From Haliotis rubra (lineage: Eukaryota), in assembly GCF_003918875.1 (NCBI RefSeq), contig NW_025765625.1, positions 1,674,001-1,738,000 on the forward strand: 64,000 bases of DNA, read 5' to 3'. The position numbers and the translations under genes were made by a program. The notes below the pieces were generated by a model. It did no database searches, was not told where the DNA came from, and worked only from the letters and a program-made list of their open reading frames with translations. Position 1 is the first letter of the stretch, and every line of letters begins with the position of its first letter. Positions 1-13,100 of this stretch are shown here, piece by piece.

Positions 1-123
1 TGACACATGTCATTGTATCCCAATGTTAGTTAATGAATTGTCTGGTCCAATCTTGATTATTTACAGACCGCCGCCATATAGCTGGAAAATTGCTGAGTGC
101 GGCGTTAAACAACAAATAAACAA
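1..123 (+). mobile_element. SINE family B, 3' part
   Basis: Matches the family-B 3' consensus ...ATTTACAGACCGCCGCCATATAGCTGGAA.ATTGCTGAGTGCGGCGTTAAAC with an (AAAC)n tail seen at many positions in the window. Confidence 0.85.
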
Positions 124-1960
124 AATTGGCAACCTTTGAAAACACTGTGAAGCCCTGTAGTTTCAGTGATGTGGTGAGTCTCTTTTAATGTCGCTTTTAA
201 TCCTATTTAAATTGTTACAAATCTAGTCAGAATAATAATTAACATAATAATGATAATGATGGAAGCATCCCGCTTCCTGAGAACCAAGGAACATGATCAA
301 GGCAAAGAACCAAAGAATTCATTGGATCCAAACCGCATAAAACCCATTTTAGTATTGTGACCATTGAATGATAATTGATTTGTATAGCGCCTCGTTTCCA
401 GATTAAATATGACTTCTCAAAGGCGCTTGTTGGAGTGAGCGGAAAAGAGGTAAGTCGTATACACCGCCTTCGGTGCGGCGTTAAACAACAAACAAACAAA
501 CAAACCAAATGGAATCTGTTTCTGGAGACAGGCAAGACCGGGTATATGGTCGCAAGGACGTTATTCATTTCCTTAGGTCAAAGTTTCTACGGAAGACCCC
601 AAGTTTCACCATAAGGCTAATGATATTGTATATGTTCTGAGTCAACTACAAATACAGAGGATAGCCAAGTCTAGCTATTCTTTCGCAAGGACGTTCATCT
701 TTACGAAATTTGCAATATTCTAAATAATTAAGATCTTTATATTAAAACAAGACAACTATGTAAACGTTGTAACACAAATATTCGTATTGGAGCTAAATGT
801 GTGTCAGTCTCACCAGTACAATAGAAAAAATCTGTCTTATTGATATTCTATTTTCATACTAGTTGATAAACATGTTACACAAGCTTCTGTAAATTTAATA
901 TGGTCATAACAGTCATTTAGCTGTTCATCACTGAGATGATTTATGCCCGTTCGTTTTGATTATACTTTGTAATTTAATCAGCATTTACACTGCGCACATA
1001 CCTCAAGCCGTAAAGGTTATTTTCCATTTCAAGTTTAGCTGAGATGACACATCTCCCAAATGTCTCTCTTTATCAATTTCGCTTCATGCCTTTAACTGAT
1101 GTAAACTGCCACGAGCAAATTAGATAAAATGTCAAACACACACAAGTCAACTTTTAAAAATATATAAAATGTCATTACATTGACTGAAAATAGGACTTAA
1201 AAATATTAAAAACGATTATGTATGAAATATCTAGGTAGATCCTATTTTAAACATCACTGACCCTATTTTTCGTATCAAAATTAAATCTCCTTCTTCTACC
1301 CGTTCAGGCGAAGTCATGACATACAGTGTATTGTTTCAAGATTGGAAGTCAGGGATATTTGATTTGCCTGTTGTTTTGAGCGTCACTCAAAAAGAGCGAA
1401 TTCTCCTGAAGTAACATTCTCGCGTATGAAAAGGTTTTAATCTATTACGTTCTGGAATAGACAGTCCAGTGATTGATATCATGAGCCTCGAGCTTGTATC
1501 CACAATTGCGTAGATCAATGCTCATGTTGTCAATCACTGCACTGCAAGGTCCAGACTATTATTTGCAGCCCGCCGTCAAATAACTTGCATACTGTTGCTT
1601 ACACTAAAGAAACTAATACGTTCTATTATCTCTCTTTGAAGAGAGTTTGGCCACCGGTTTGCCTTGATCATGTACTTGGTGCTCAGGAAGGGAAAGACTT
1701 CATCACTATTATTACTGTTATCATGTTATTCTGCTAGCCTTGTAAACGCGGTTAAAAGCGACATTAAAAGAAACTCACCACATCACTGAAACCACAGGGT
1801 TTCTCAATGTTCTCAAAGGTTGTCAAATTTGTTTGGTGTTTAACGCCGCACTCAGCAATATTCCAGTTATATGGCGGTGGTCTGTGAAAAATCGAGTCTG
1901 GATCTTACAATCCAGTGATCAACAGCATGAGCATCGATCTTTGCAACTGTGATACGATGA
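1..1960. repeat. Diverged inverted duplication: arms ~1-315 and ~1655-1960
   Basis: TTTCAGTGATGTGGTGAG (161) is the reverse complement of CTCACCACATCACTGAAA (1774); ACATGATCAAGGCAAA (291) pairs with TTTGCCTTGATCATGT (1658); the SINE is present in both arms. Confidence 0.85.
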
Positions 1961-2060
1961 CGAGTAAAACAAGTCAGCGAGCCCGACGACTCCATTCCGT
2001 TAGTCTCCTTTTACGACAAGCTTGGGTTGCTGAAGACCAATGTTTACCCGGATCACCACT
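1829..2060 (-). mobile_element. SINE family B
   Basis: Reverse complement of the family-B consensus. Confidence 0.85.
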
Positions 2061-3206
2061 GGTGTCAAACGATCGTTGTTGAAAATTCAAATATATATCT
2101 TCAGATTACAAGTACTATGTGTTAACAATACAACACCAGATTTGAGCTTAACACTGCTAATAACCTTCCTACACAAAATTACAAGAAATAATTAGTTTTA
2201 AAACAATCCGATTCCAAGTAACATAATAGTAGTCGGCAAACTTCTATTACGAAACCATGCGGCTCAAGGTCTCTACTTTTCCTTACGGGTACTTGTGTAA
2301 GAGCAATGCAATACGTGTAACTTTATATGCTAAATGTCTACTGTACCAGTGACTCGTATAACAAGTAACTCAACTGTCTAGGATGAAAAGAAATCCTCCT
2401 ATGCATCAACTTCCATCGACAAACAGGTGTCACCTGGAAAATGTTAAATTTATCAAATCTCTGGAAACTAGGAATATCATGCATTTACATTTTACATTAA
2501 CCAAATCGTTTAAGAATTCTGGCATCTGATTTGACAATACCAAGAAGCATTGGATCGTATATATCTCACCTGACACAACCTCCACATGTATAGATTTTTA
2601 GCAATAAAACGGCTAGTTTAAATAATTAGATCTACGTTTTACAATCTAAACATGACTATCAAGTGTTTATACTCATTTTGCAGGACTTTGCCAAGGCAAC
2701 CAGCATTATAATAGATTTCTTTTCGTAAGGTAAATATGCTTTTCCGCTATCTTCCGTATGATTGGTCCTTTATGTAACATTAGATATTTACATTCAAGGC
2801 ATATTTTAATATGATATGTGAACCAAGTGCAATTATTGAGATTGATGAGAGCTTTCGTCAGGCCTGATTGCCACTTAAAACGTCTGTATCGACATCAGCA
2901 TCATAGAAGCGTCATTTTATAAAGAAGACTTCAAACAAATGAACTGTATGTTATAAGCTATTATAGTGTGTTATATTTGATTTCATATCATTGTAGTAGC
3001 AATTAAAGACGTTGAAGAAAATATAATAGCTTATAATCTGGGTATTTGTGAAGGTCGAAATGTACAGAAAGCAATAACACGCCACCTTCCAGATATCAAA
3101 GGTTTAAACCTTCCGTTATGTTCATAATGTCAATATGTTAAATGAACATCACTTAGTTATCCCCATCATCTGCTGGAACCTAAACCAGAGCCATTTTACA
3201 CTGGAT

Positions 3207-3363
3207 TGAGTGAGTGAGTTTAATTTTACGCCGCTCTTAGCAATATTTCAGCAATACCACGGCGGTGACATATGCTTCACACATTGTACCCATGTGGGGA
3301 ATCGAACCTGGGTCTTCGGCGTGACGAGCGAATGCTTTAACCACTAGGCTACTCCACCGCCCC
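3207..3363 (-). mobile_element. tRNA-derived SINE family A (tRNA-Asp-like head)
   Basis: A box TAGCCTAGTGG, B box GGTTCGATTCC, GTC anticodon-like loop, (ACTC)n tail. Confidence 0.9.
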
Positions 3364-3719
3364 ATGTTACGCTGGAACACCAACACATGCAATCCCCATA
3401 ACGTTTCTTTTGTCCAAGACCTGATTCTGCTAATAGCGGCGTAGGACTATACACTCACTCACTTTCATTACAAGAAACACAATTTATTCTATATGCTTTT
3501 TTTACTCCGAATATAAAATTAATGAAATATATATGTTATGATCTGTTTTGAACACTGACTGCCAGAGAACGATCAGCATTACACATGGACGACGCAATTC
3601 TTTCTGAGTTTGACATTTCAGTGGAAGGTTATTGCTGATTTCGTTTCTATAGTATGCATCGCCATGACTTCAGGTACAACTGACAGTCCACCAAACCACG
3701 AGGAACATGAATTCGTATA

Positions 3720-3945
3720 AGATCCGGGTCAGAATTTGTCTTCAGGAACCCGTGCTTGTCGTAAGAGGTGATAAATGGGATCGGGTGGTCAGGCTCGGTG
3801 ACTTGGTTGACGTCATTGTATCCAAATTGCTTAGACCGATGCACATGATGTTGATCACTGGATTGTCCGGTTGAGACACAAGAATTTACATACCGCCTCC
3901 ATATAGCTAGAATAGTGATGACTGCCGCGTTAGACAACCAAAAGA
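3720..3945 (+). mobile_element. SINE family B, diverged
   Basis: GATCCGGG...GCTTGTCGTAAGAGG...GGATCGGGTGGTCAGGCTCG motifs. Confidence 0.8.
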
Positions 3946-4188
3946 ACCAGAAACACATGAACTCCTTTCTATTGCTATAATGTAGTATGTGTGACCAGAC
4001 TTGGATTGCGTCGTGTAGAAGGTGATGAATGCCAAAGAGCTATTGGCATACTTCAAACTGGTAGAACTTGTAATAGGTAGCGAATCTGCTCTGTGGTTTT
4101 ATAATTTGGAAAATGCTTCGCAGTATACACGAGGAATGGACAAACTCCTTCAAATTGCATTTTGATTAATTTACAATCTGAATAATGA

Positions 4189-4357
4189 CTGACTGACTGA
4201 CTGAGTTTGGTTTTATGCCGCTTTTAGCAATATTCCAGCAACATCACGGCGTGGGACACCAGAAATGGGCTTCACACATTGTACCCATGTGGGGATTCGA
4301 ACCCGGGTCTTCGGCGTGACGAGCCAACGCTTTAACCACTAGGCTACCCCACCGCCC
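4189..4357 (-). mobile_element. tRNA-derived SINE family A with TSD TCTGAATAATGA
   Basis: Full-length consensus match flanked by a 12-bp direct repeat. Confidence 0.92.
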
Positions 4358-4849
4358 TCTGAATAATGAATGTTTGACCATTCGTGGAGTCATTACCCAT
4401 TTTTTATCACATCGTCTCAAAGATTCATGGTTGTTTTTTTCACAACCTTGTAGCCTTTCACGGCTGCTTGAGCCATTACAATTCACTGCCAATATCTTCT
4501 CGCAATTGTCACCTCACCTCGTCCTTTCTGGAGGTTTTACCCATCCCTTACCATCACATTTTCGAATATTCTTAGTTTTTGGGGGGTAAGTACATGTCAG
4601 AGAAAGTCTAGAGTTACAAAGTCGGGTGCTATGACTGTTTTGTGCAAGGTGACCTCCTGTACACGACTAAGGAGCGACAATGTCTTTTCACATTGGTTCA
4701 TTTCCGTACAGTGTCCAAAGAAATTGTTCTGGAAATACACGTCATTGACGCTATAAAAACATCACGTACCTTCATAGAATCATTTTGACCTAAATATATT
4801 GAAAATGTGATATGTAGCCCTTGGGATGAAATATATCTGTATTAGGTCG

Positions 4850-6590
4850 TTATTCTCCTAATCTCCGTTCACCGAGAAATATCTCTTAACGGCTGAAATC
4901 AGCGTTCTACGTGTTTCCCCATAAAGCATGTCCGCCTGTCATAAACATCGCATAATGAAGGCGTGTTAGGAATAATCAAGAAGATAAGGAAGCAACAGTT
5001 TCAGCCACATTCAAACCCTGCGTATCTCCGAAGATGAGAACCTTTGTGCAACAATGCGAAAACACTTCAGCTAAATCTACAAATAACGACACTGTCGACG
5101 GGTTCTCAAGAAGAATATTATGTCACTGGATTGTCTGATTAAGTGTCGATTGTTTACAGGTCGCTGTTGTATGTAGGTACTGCTGCGCAGTTTGAGGCAA
5201 ATAACATTCAATTTGTCTTTTTCACACAGAAGAGTACATGAAGGACGATCACCTACGTCCTTCTTACTGCACACCGGAGTTATGTTATTAATGTAATAAA
5301 AACATGCGTATGAATTGCTTCGTTTATTACTCTAAATCTGAATGGTTCTGATTGAACGTTAGAGGAACACAAATGCACAAACTGAAAGAAATATGCAATT
5401 TACTGCTGATTGCCGAATAATGCCAGCAAAACATCTAATGACATTTTATCATGTATCATTGGGTCTGCAAGTAGACTGTAAAGGCCAAGTCAGTCAATAG
5501 ATTCAACGTGTGCACAAAACTCGCTCAAACAAGCTTCTTGTATAGTGATGTTTCTACGCGACTGGTTGAAAGGCGCTCTCCAAGACTATGTAGAGGGTAA
5601 TGTCCGAGTAACTCTCCATTCCTTAAACATAATGGAGCCGAGGCTTATTGTTACGATGGAGAGTTACGAAGGATATTACCCTACTTAAATTACATTCAAA
5701 GTATTGGGAATATTTCTATTATCAAAATTAAATGTCAAAATGACAAAATGAAGGCTTTAATTTGAAATTGGTACATATCGCTCCATTCCTGAAAAGTAAT
5801 GGACCAAGCAGACAATGGAATGACGTCACAAATGTAATTTAATGACTGTTCTCGCAATATGTATATTGCAACACTGCAGAGCTTCCGACCTTGCGGTAAT
5901 ACGTCCTTTAAACATGTTTGCATCATTCGTGGTTGTTGAAGTGTATCAGTTGGTAATTGGGAGGGATCGGGCACACTTGACATCGTACGCAATGAGAATG
6001 TGTTACATTAATGAGGGAGGATCGATTGGATAGAGGTTACAATGAATCTGGGTTAGTGCAGTCATTTATCAATCACACTGTGGCTGGAGTGGCGGTGATC
6101 GAACTCTGGCTGAGGTAGTGACAGACCAGGCATTTTAATGAGCACAAGGTCAAGATGGTGATAAAGTGCTTATTTGTATAACAAGGTAGAAGTATCCACC
6201 AGATGCTCGGCGGCTGGACGTGCACAGTGTTCTGGAGACTGGTGGACCTTGCCAAACTGGTGTCGAAAGGTGCGAGGACTGAGGTATGACCTTCTCCTAC
6301 CTATTGCAAGGGTGTGGAAATTGATGGTTTGTCTTTCAGAGCGTTTAAAACGCTTTTTATGGCGGACGGAAAGTAAGTTCATTGGTACAAAAATGCTGTT
6401 TGAGAGGATGGAAACGGGGTGGCTCTAGCTCACATCTACGATATAATGATTGCCATTGTCTGTTTTCTGATTTTGTTACACCCACTGTCTTTCTCTTGTT
6501 AGGTTATTTTTCAATTTGTTGCAGACATTTGATTAGTCATTCTATATACAGTCTTATCCAATTCGCTCACTCGAATGTACCGATATAACG
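4850..6590. pseudogene. Decayed multi-ORF unit, copy 0 (segments Z 4850-5200 and W 5310-6590)
   Basis: Direct repeat of 14215-14560 and 16825-18028; protein-like but interrupted frames (W reads on the minus strand). Confidence 0.6.
5590..5843. mobile_element. Insertion with internal inverted repeat (DNA-transposon remnant)
   Basis: Absent from the paralogous site at ~17100 (CCAAGACTAT|GACTGTTCTCGC); contains GGGTAATGTCCGAGTAACTCTCCAT / ATGGAGAGTTACGAAGGATATTACCC. Confidence 0.6.
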
Positions 6591-6624
6591 AACCTATTCT
6601 CTTTCCCTGAATCTCACTTTAGAT

Positions 6625-6836
6625 TGGTTGGTTGGTTTGTTGTTTAACGCCGCACTCAGCAATATTCCAGCTATATGGCGACGGTCTGTAAATAATTGAA
6701 TCTGGACCTGACAATCCAGTGATCAACAGCATGAACATCGATCTACGCAATTGGGATACGCAACCAAGTCAGCGAGCCTGACCACCCGATTCCGTTAGTC
6801 GCCTCTTACGACAAGCATGGGTTACTGAAGACCCAT
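6625..6836 (-). mobile_element. SINE family B with TSD TCACTTTAGA
   Basis: Consensus match and flanking direct repeat. Confidence 0.9.
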
Positions 6837-7210
6837 TTTCACTTTAGAAATATATGTTAATGTGACAGCTTATCTGAATTTGAGAAGAAAAGTGAACACA
6901 TAGCTTTTTCTCGAACCTTGGACTCGGTAGCAACGTTGACTCAAAGAAATGTTGTTCCTAAGTATCTTGTGCATTTGAATACGGGGTGAAAAATCTCATT
7001 GATATGAATGTGTAAAACCTTTCCAAACAGAAACATTTGACATCACTGGATTTTGTTTTTTTTGTTTTTGTTTTCAATATTTTTACAGGCATACATCATA
7101 GGATCGTACAAGCAGACAACAAACAGTACATTGTGATTCATCTGAGGTACGTAATATATAAACATGTACACAGCATTATAGGCTGATATAAATCTATCCT
7201 AACAACTAGT

Positions 7211-7427
7211 GACCCGTGAAGATGCTTGTCGTAAAGGGCGACGAACGGGATCGGGTGGTCAGGTTCGCTGACTTGGTTGACACATGTCATCAGTGCCCTA
7301 ATTGCGCAGATCGATGCTCATGCTGTTGATCACTGGATTGTCTGGTCCAGACTCGATTATTTACAGACCGCCGCCATATAGCTGGGATATTGCTGAGTGC
7401 GGCGTAAAACTAAACTCACTCACTCAC
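7211..7427 (+). mobile_element. SINE family B with TSD CCTAACAACTAGT
   Basis: Starts GACCCGTGAAG, ends (ACTC)n; 13-bp TSD at 7198-7210 and 7428-7440. Confidence 0.93.
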
Positions 7428-8267
7428 CCTAACAACTAGTGTAACGTTGACCAGAATGTAAAAGAACATTTGTTCAGTACCATTTGATAAATGAAGACAT
7501 TTGGTAACATCATAATACTTAATAACTTCTTTTTAATAGAATTGATATTAGGCAAATACTTTCCAGTAGCACATTTAAATATATTTTGTTTGACTAGTAG
7601 GATGATTACAATTATAGGATTATTATTTTCACCTTTAATTCCAAACAAAGCCTTTTCAAACGTAAAGTTTACCGATAGTTGACATCACTGTTAGTGTACA
7701 CCGACCCAGTTCTGTACTTACTTGTAATGAATTCGTAAATTGCAGTTTCCTTTAAGAGTGTGAAATTGTAAATGGTATATCAAATTATCGATCTTTCAAA
7801 GTCTGAAACTTAATTTACTGTTGCCTCTTTCATGCAACTTTGCTGAGAATAATAAAAATATATCAACGTCTGTCTGGTGCATCAAGTATTGGATTTGGAA
7901 TGATACTTGATAGTTAAAATGTGATAACAGAAGGTATTAAGACTCTGACGTATAAAGTTAAAGAAATGTCTTTCAACTAACTTTCAGTTTTTCGCTTTTA
8001 GTTCAAAATTATTAAAAACATTATGTAGAATATGCTTATGATCTCTTAGAATTCAGTAAACTTGATATCTTCACCGTTGCCATACTTGTTATTTCGTAAA
8101 CTTACATTTCTTTCTATTTTCTTACTGGGTAACATACAGTAAACGGTTGTTACCATACACGGAGAAAAAATGCATTAAAGATACATAGCCTTTGCTGAAG
8201 AAACAAAGGACCATGTAATCACATGCATATTGAAACGTTTCTATTGTCAGAGAGTTAGTTTAGAACA

Positions 8268-8711
8268 TTGCTTCTGGTTTCACGTGTATGTAAAACACCA
8301 GCGCGGCATATGTCGTATACGTTTGTCTGTTTAGTGAAACACGAGCACGAATATGGTGCTTACAACCATATAGAATCTAGAGAACGGGATGTGAGGCAGG
8401 ACCCACTTACTATGGACCTGCAGAGCTTATTTCTGCAAAACAGGCACGTCCCGACACGAGGCAGTTAATAATACAAGTTGGAGCTGAGTAAAACGAATTT
8501 GGATTATATTCATTTTCTAAGAATTTTACGACAGAACTCTGAAGTGATGCAGGTCCCACATTATATTTTACCGTTTTGTGGAGAAACTCACGACAACAAA
8601 TATGTTGCTGACGAACGAAGAATCATTATCATGGAATCGGCGTATCCTGCCACAACTAAGGGACGTAACGTTGACCTCTTTCTCCATGGAAGTATGTTTA
8701 ATGCAAAGTAA
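8268..8711 (+). pseudogene. Interrupted ORF relic (~148 codons), unknown protein
   Basis: Track ORFs 8268-8468 and 8478-8711 are in the same frame, separated only by TAA TAA TAC AAG. Confidence 0.4.
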
Positions 8712-8819
8712 AATTTAACAAGCCACCATGGTTAGTCTTTATTGGACGATCTTGAGACAGTCAACAGTGCATGTTGCAGACACAGGGCTTAGACTAAGTG
8801 GTATTTATGCAAACATCTT

Positions 8820-9785
8820 TGTTTCAGACACCTATACACACATGGGACCCGGGAGGAAGTTTCCTGACCACCATGGATGAACAAATGTACCGATGACATA
8901 TTTTTATTGGTATTGGTGAAGTTGCATTCAGTTGTAAAATACCAGTAGTTCGACCCTTCAAGTCCTCCCTATCCATTTTCAGGTGCGTGTGCATAGCCCT
9001 GTGGTTTGCAAAGACATCCATCTTGGAGACAGTCTGGGTTTGTATCATACACAGCTATATAGTCAACCCAGTCCTTGTGTTCCCCATTGTGACGTAATTG
9101 AAATCTTACTGCAAGCACCGCGGTCCCTTGCTTTATTAGTTAATATATATGCACTCGCATGGATGTTTCTCTAGCTCGTAGCGGGACCTTGCAAACGTAG
9201 CCTCTAATACACATCTCTTGTCTGGCAATACTACATTGGGTGCATCTGGCGAGGGGCCTCTGCATCACATCTGGTTTCTCTAATCAGCCAGGATCCATAA
9301 CAAATAGCCCCGTTGTTAGACATTGACTTGGTCTGTGATTTCTTTTAGGTCAAATTATCTCAGATTATTTAGCATTATCTTGCTCTAGGTCATCTTGAAC
9401 ACGGCATATTCATCAAATCTGTGTTCAAAAGTCTTAAAACCAGACAAGGAAGGCGTGACGCGACGAATGCCAGAGACGTGAACGGTGGTTCGATGGTATA
9501 ACGGTAAAACGTGGTTGACGTGGATGGAGGCCATGGGGTAAGGTGGTCGAGAAGAGTTGATGGTGGAAGGGTGTGCGTGAAGCTGATGGTGAGTCCATGG
9601 ATCCATTTCCCCAGATACAACATATGGATTTAGAGGAAATATCTGTTTTGATATCATGTTTCATTTTATCGCTGTCTGAACAGTGATATAACTCTGCACT
9701 TATCGACGTTATACTAACCAGCTCATGACAGGCCGCGCTGACTTCAAACAAATGTGACTAGGGTTAGAGTAGCTTACCTTTGATA
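8820..9785 (-). pseudogene. Decayed unit copy 1, segment X: Cys-rich protein relic
   Basis: Homologous to 22255-23048 (+) and 38085-38445 (+); patchwork frames GAICYGSWLIRETRC, ARCTQCSIARQEMCIRGYVCK, VYDTNPDCLQDGCLCKPQGY. Confidence 0.55.
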
Positions 9786-10134
9786 CAAGGCAGATACTCT
9801 AGCAATACTCTTGAAATACAGAGCATCTACTCAATTGTTATTTTGCTTATATGTAGTTATTTCAGAAAACAGGTTTCAACTACACTGACTGTTGTCACTG
9901 TCCGACTGACCTTATTTCAATGGACATTCCAGGACAACTAAATCACTGGCTTTGTGCGCTGACAATTTGGTGCCTGAATCTGAGCGTGTGGGTTCGAATA
10001 CGAGATGAGACTCAACCCTTAAAGTACTAGAAATTGTACTTTATTAAGAAATGTAATTCCAATGATGACATTGTTACATTTATCACTTTCTAAAAGACAC
10101 CGTGTATGTATTCATACTCATAGAACAGATCATT

Positions 10135-13100
10135 CCCGTCTACATGAATTGTGGCTTTCAAGTCAGACCGATCTAGCACTCAACACAATAGCCAACAATG
10201 CCGGTGTCCCTAGACGTGCTTGAAGAAAAATCTTGGTTAACGACATTCAAGATTGTCCAAGTGATCTGTCTTCGCTGCATTCTCCAACTCTACATCGCAG
10301 AAGACATGATTACAAGATAGCTTCTTCACGTAACAAATTTCATGTTTCCAGAGCATGTCCAAGCATATGCTGTATCTGGCAATAATAAAAATTCATTCCA
10401 ATTAAATCATACTCATCTATTCTTGAAATTCTAAATTTAGACCAGCTTCAAACCAGATTTCAAAGACAAAGATATGCTCAAAACGAAAACATTACGAAGC
10501 TCTGATTTCCCCAGTGAAACAAGCCACCATAATTCACTTCAGTAACTACAACTTTTTTCAATAGCAAATCAACTGTATTCACGCTCGGATTTCTGAAAAA
10601 AATTCTACAATCAACCGAATAAGGTGAGATTGACATTTAACTTGATTTTGAAAATTATGGGTTTCTTTCCAAAGTGAGTTTCTCAAATGATGCAGCTTAT
10701 TTTAAGACATTGCTGAAATACTTCCGACATGACGAAGATGAAGAAGAGACCAGCTGTTGACAAGGCATCTGGGGAATGACATTTTTGTTATCTATGAAAT
10801 ATATCAATAACGAGGAACTACCTGCCCTCAAGCTTATCCTGTAATCTTGTTATTCTGACCCTGTTCCTTCCACGTGGCGGAATGGCCGAATGGGACTGCA
10901 ATGTCACTCAGTATACATCCAGTGTAGCTGCAGTAGAAAGTGACCATCAGAATAGTTTTAAAGTCATAATATCGAAGCCTCAATTATATTGCAATTGTAA
11001 ATGTAGAGTCAATTGTACGATTTTGATCAGATGCTAAGAATGTGTTTACAATTAAATAGTTATGATAATGCAAGGTAATTGTCTCTGTGATAAGTCAAAG
11101 GAGGTATTTGCATCTGACACTGACACTGTCAGATTTGGAAATATCCATCATGTCGTCCATTAATATATCTGAAAGTATTATTCTGACCATGGATGTTGTC
11201 ACCCTGACCAAGAAACCTTTTAGCAAAAGACATATGATACTCTTTGACATCTTCGTTTTAGGAGCATGCTCAACTGTGCCTCAAATCTATGGTCACACGT
11301 TTTGAAACAGGTGCCTCATGAATCATGGAATAATGTCACGTTAAAAATAAATACAAGTAGACTGGCTCCAGATGTCACCGCGTCCCAGACGTTCAAATCA
11401 TCATGCGCCATCACGCCTTAATCATCAGGTTACAACAATCATTTTGTGAATAATTACTGTCATATAAAGGTGACCATTACAAGGTAATGTTATGAAGATT
11501 ACTACATAATACATTAAACATATGACAACGTCAGAGGACGATTACCTGCCGAAACACATTTGGTCGTAAAGTTCAAAATCTTAGTGAAAATAATATGGAT
11601 AACTTCCTTTATAATTGAAAACAACATGTGCTACCTGAAAGGGTAAACATGCCCTACCCTAGTAGCAACATACTCATAAGGTTAGCATTAGAAGTAACTG
11701 AATGTTTGCTGCTTGTCTCCGCACAGTAATCAGATATAGACGTGTCACTGGATTTCCCTTATGGCGTAACTCCCTCTGCATAGAGACCAAATCGCCCAGT
11801 ACAGGAGTCTACCATCTCAAATGATTCATGTCCCTAGTGGAATCAGCATTATACTCATGGTGAATTTCCTATTAAACTCAATACCTCTTACAGGAATACA
11901 TAAAACGTGACAGTTACGTAATACTTTGTTATCAAGTCAAAACATGAGTTATTATTTATCGTCACATCGGCAATATTTCAGCCATATCGTGACGAGAACA
12001 ATTAATTATTACATCATATATCAGTAAAAATCGAAATTAAAAGCTGTTGACGAAGTACAGTAAAACTACTAGTATATCACAGATATCCATTTAAAACTAG
12101 TAATTGAATCTAAAACATTTTAACTAGAAATAACAAGACGATGTAAAAACAGGCTATAGATTGCCAACAACTGAAGGTAGATCACCATACAAGGGACCAT
12201 GGTCAAAATATGTGTGGTTCATTTATTTGGGTAGAACCGACCCATGGGGACAGAGATTTCTCCTTGAACATAGCCTTCAGAGACAGATTTTGCCACTTCA
12301 ACAACAGTTTAGAAAGTTTTTACACTTCAACATCACCATCAGAAGCAGACTTTCCTCCTTCAGCACAGCACTGCTGATCCCATCGTTTATCCGGTGAGAG
12401 AAACAGGGAGTTAGAAATCAAATATGGTCATTATTTCTTCACTTTTCTTTCCAAATTTACATTATTTCAGAATCCGGACAGGATACGCTAAATTTCGCCA
12501 ACACCTGATATCATCACTATAAATTTGTCTTTTTATGGCTTTGACGTTATATATTGACAGATATCGACGGAAATCTTATTATTAAAGAAATGTTTTTGTC
12601 CGATTTATATTTATTAGAGCATTGACATTTTCATTTGTTAGGTGTACGATCGTATAATCAGTTGGAACATTAATTACAGAAAAAATAATATCATGACACA
12701 TATTCTAGGCAACGCCTTGATCAAGTTGGCAGTAACCCACTGGCTGTTCCTGATCTGAAGATGAACACATTCGTTTGAAAAATGTGGCTGCCGAAGTTGC
12801 AGAGACATCCTGTAACACCAACTCTGAGCAACAATGAGTAGAAATGTGTTTCTTGTTTGATAGTTCACTACGTCCCATCACAATAAATGCAGAATTGTTG
12901 ACAAGAATTTCCTCCCTGTCCCCACGTCTCCATGACAATAAAGACACCGATCAGATCACTCTGTACCTCATGGTCAATCTGTACACATGATTCAGACAAG
13001 CCACCATGTCTGGCGGGTACAACATTCATTACCAGGACATACCATGCTCATTGACTACAGTGCAAACTTTTGAGCCTGATAAATATCCATTTCGCTGTTG

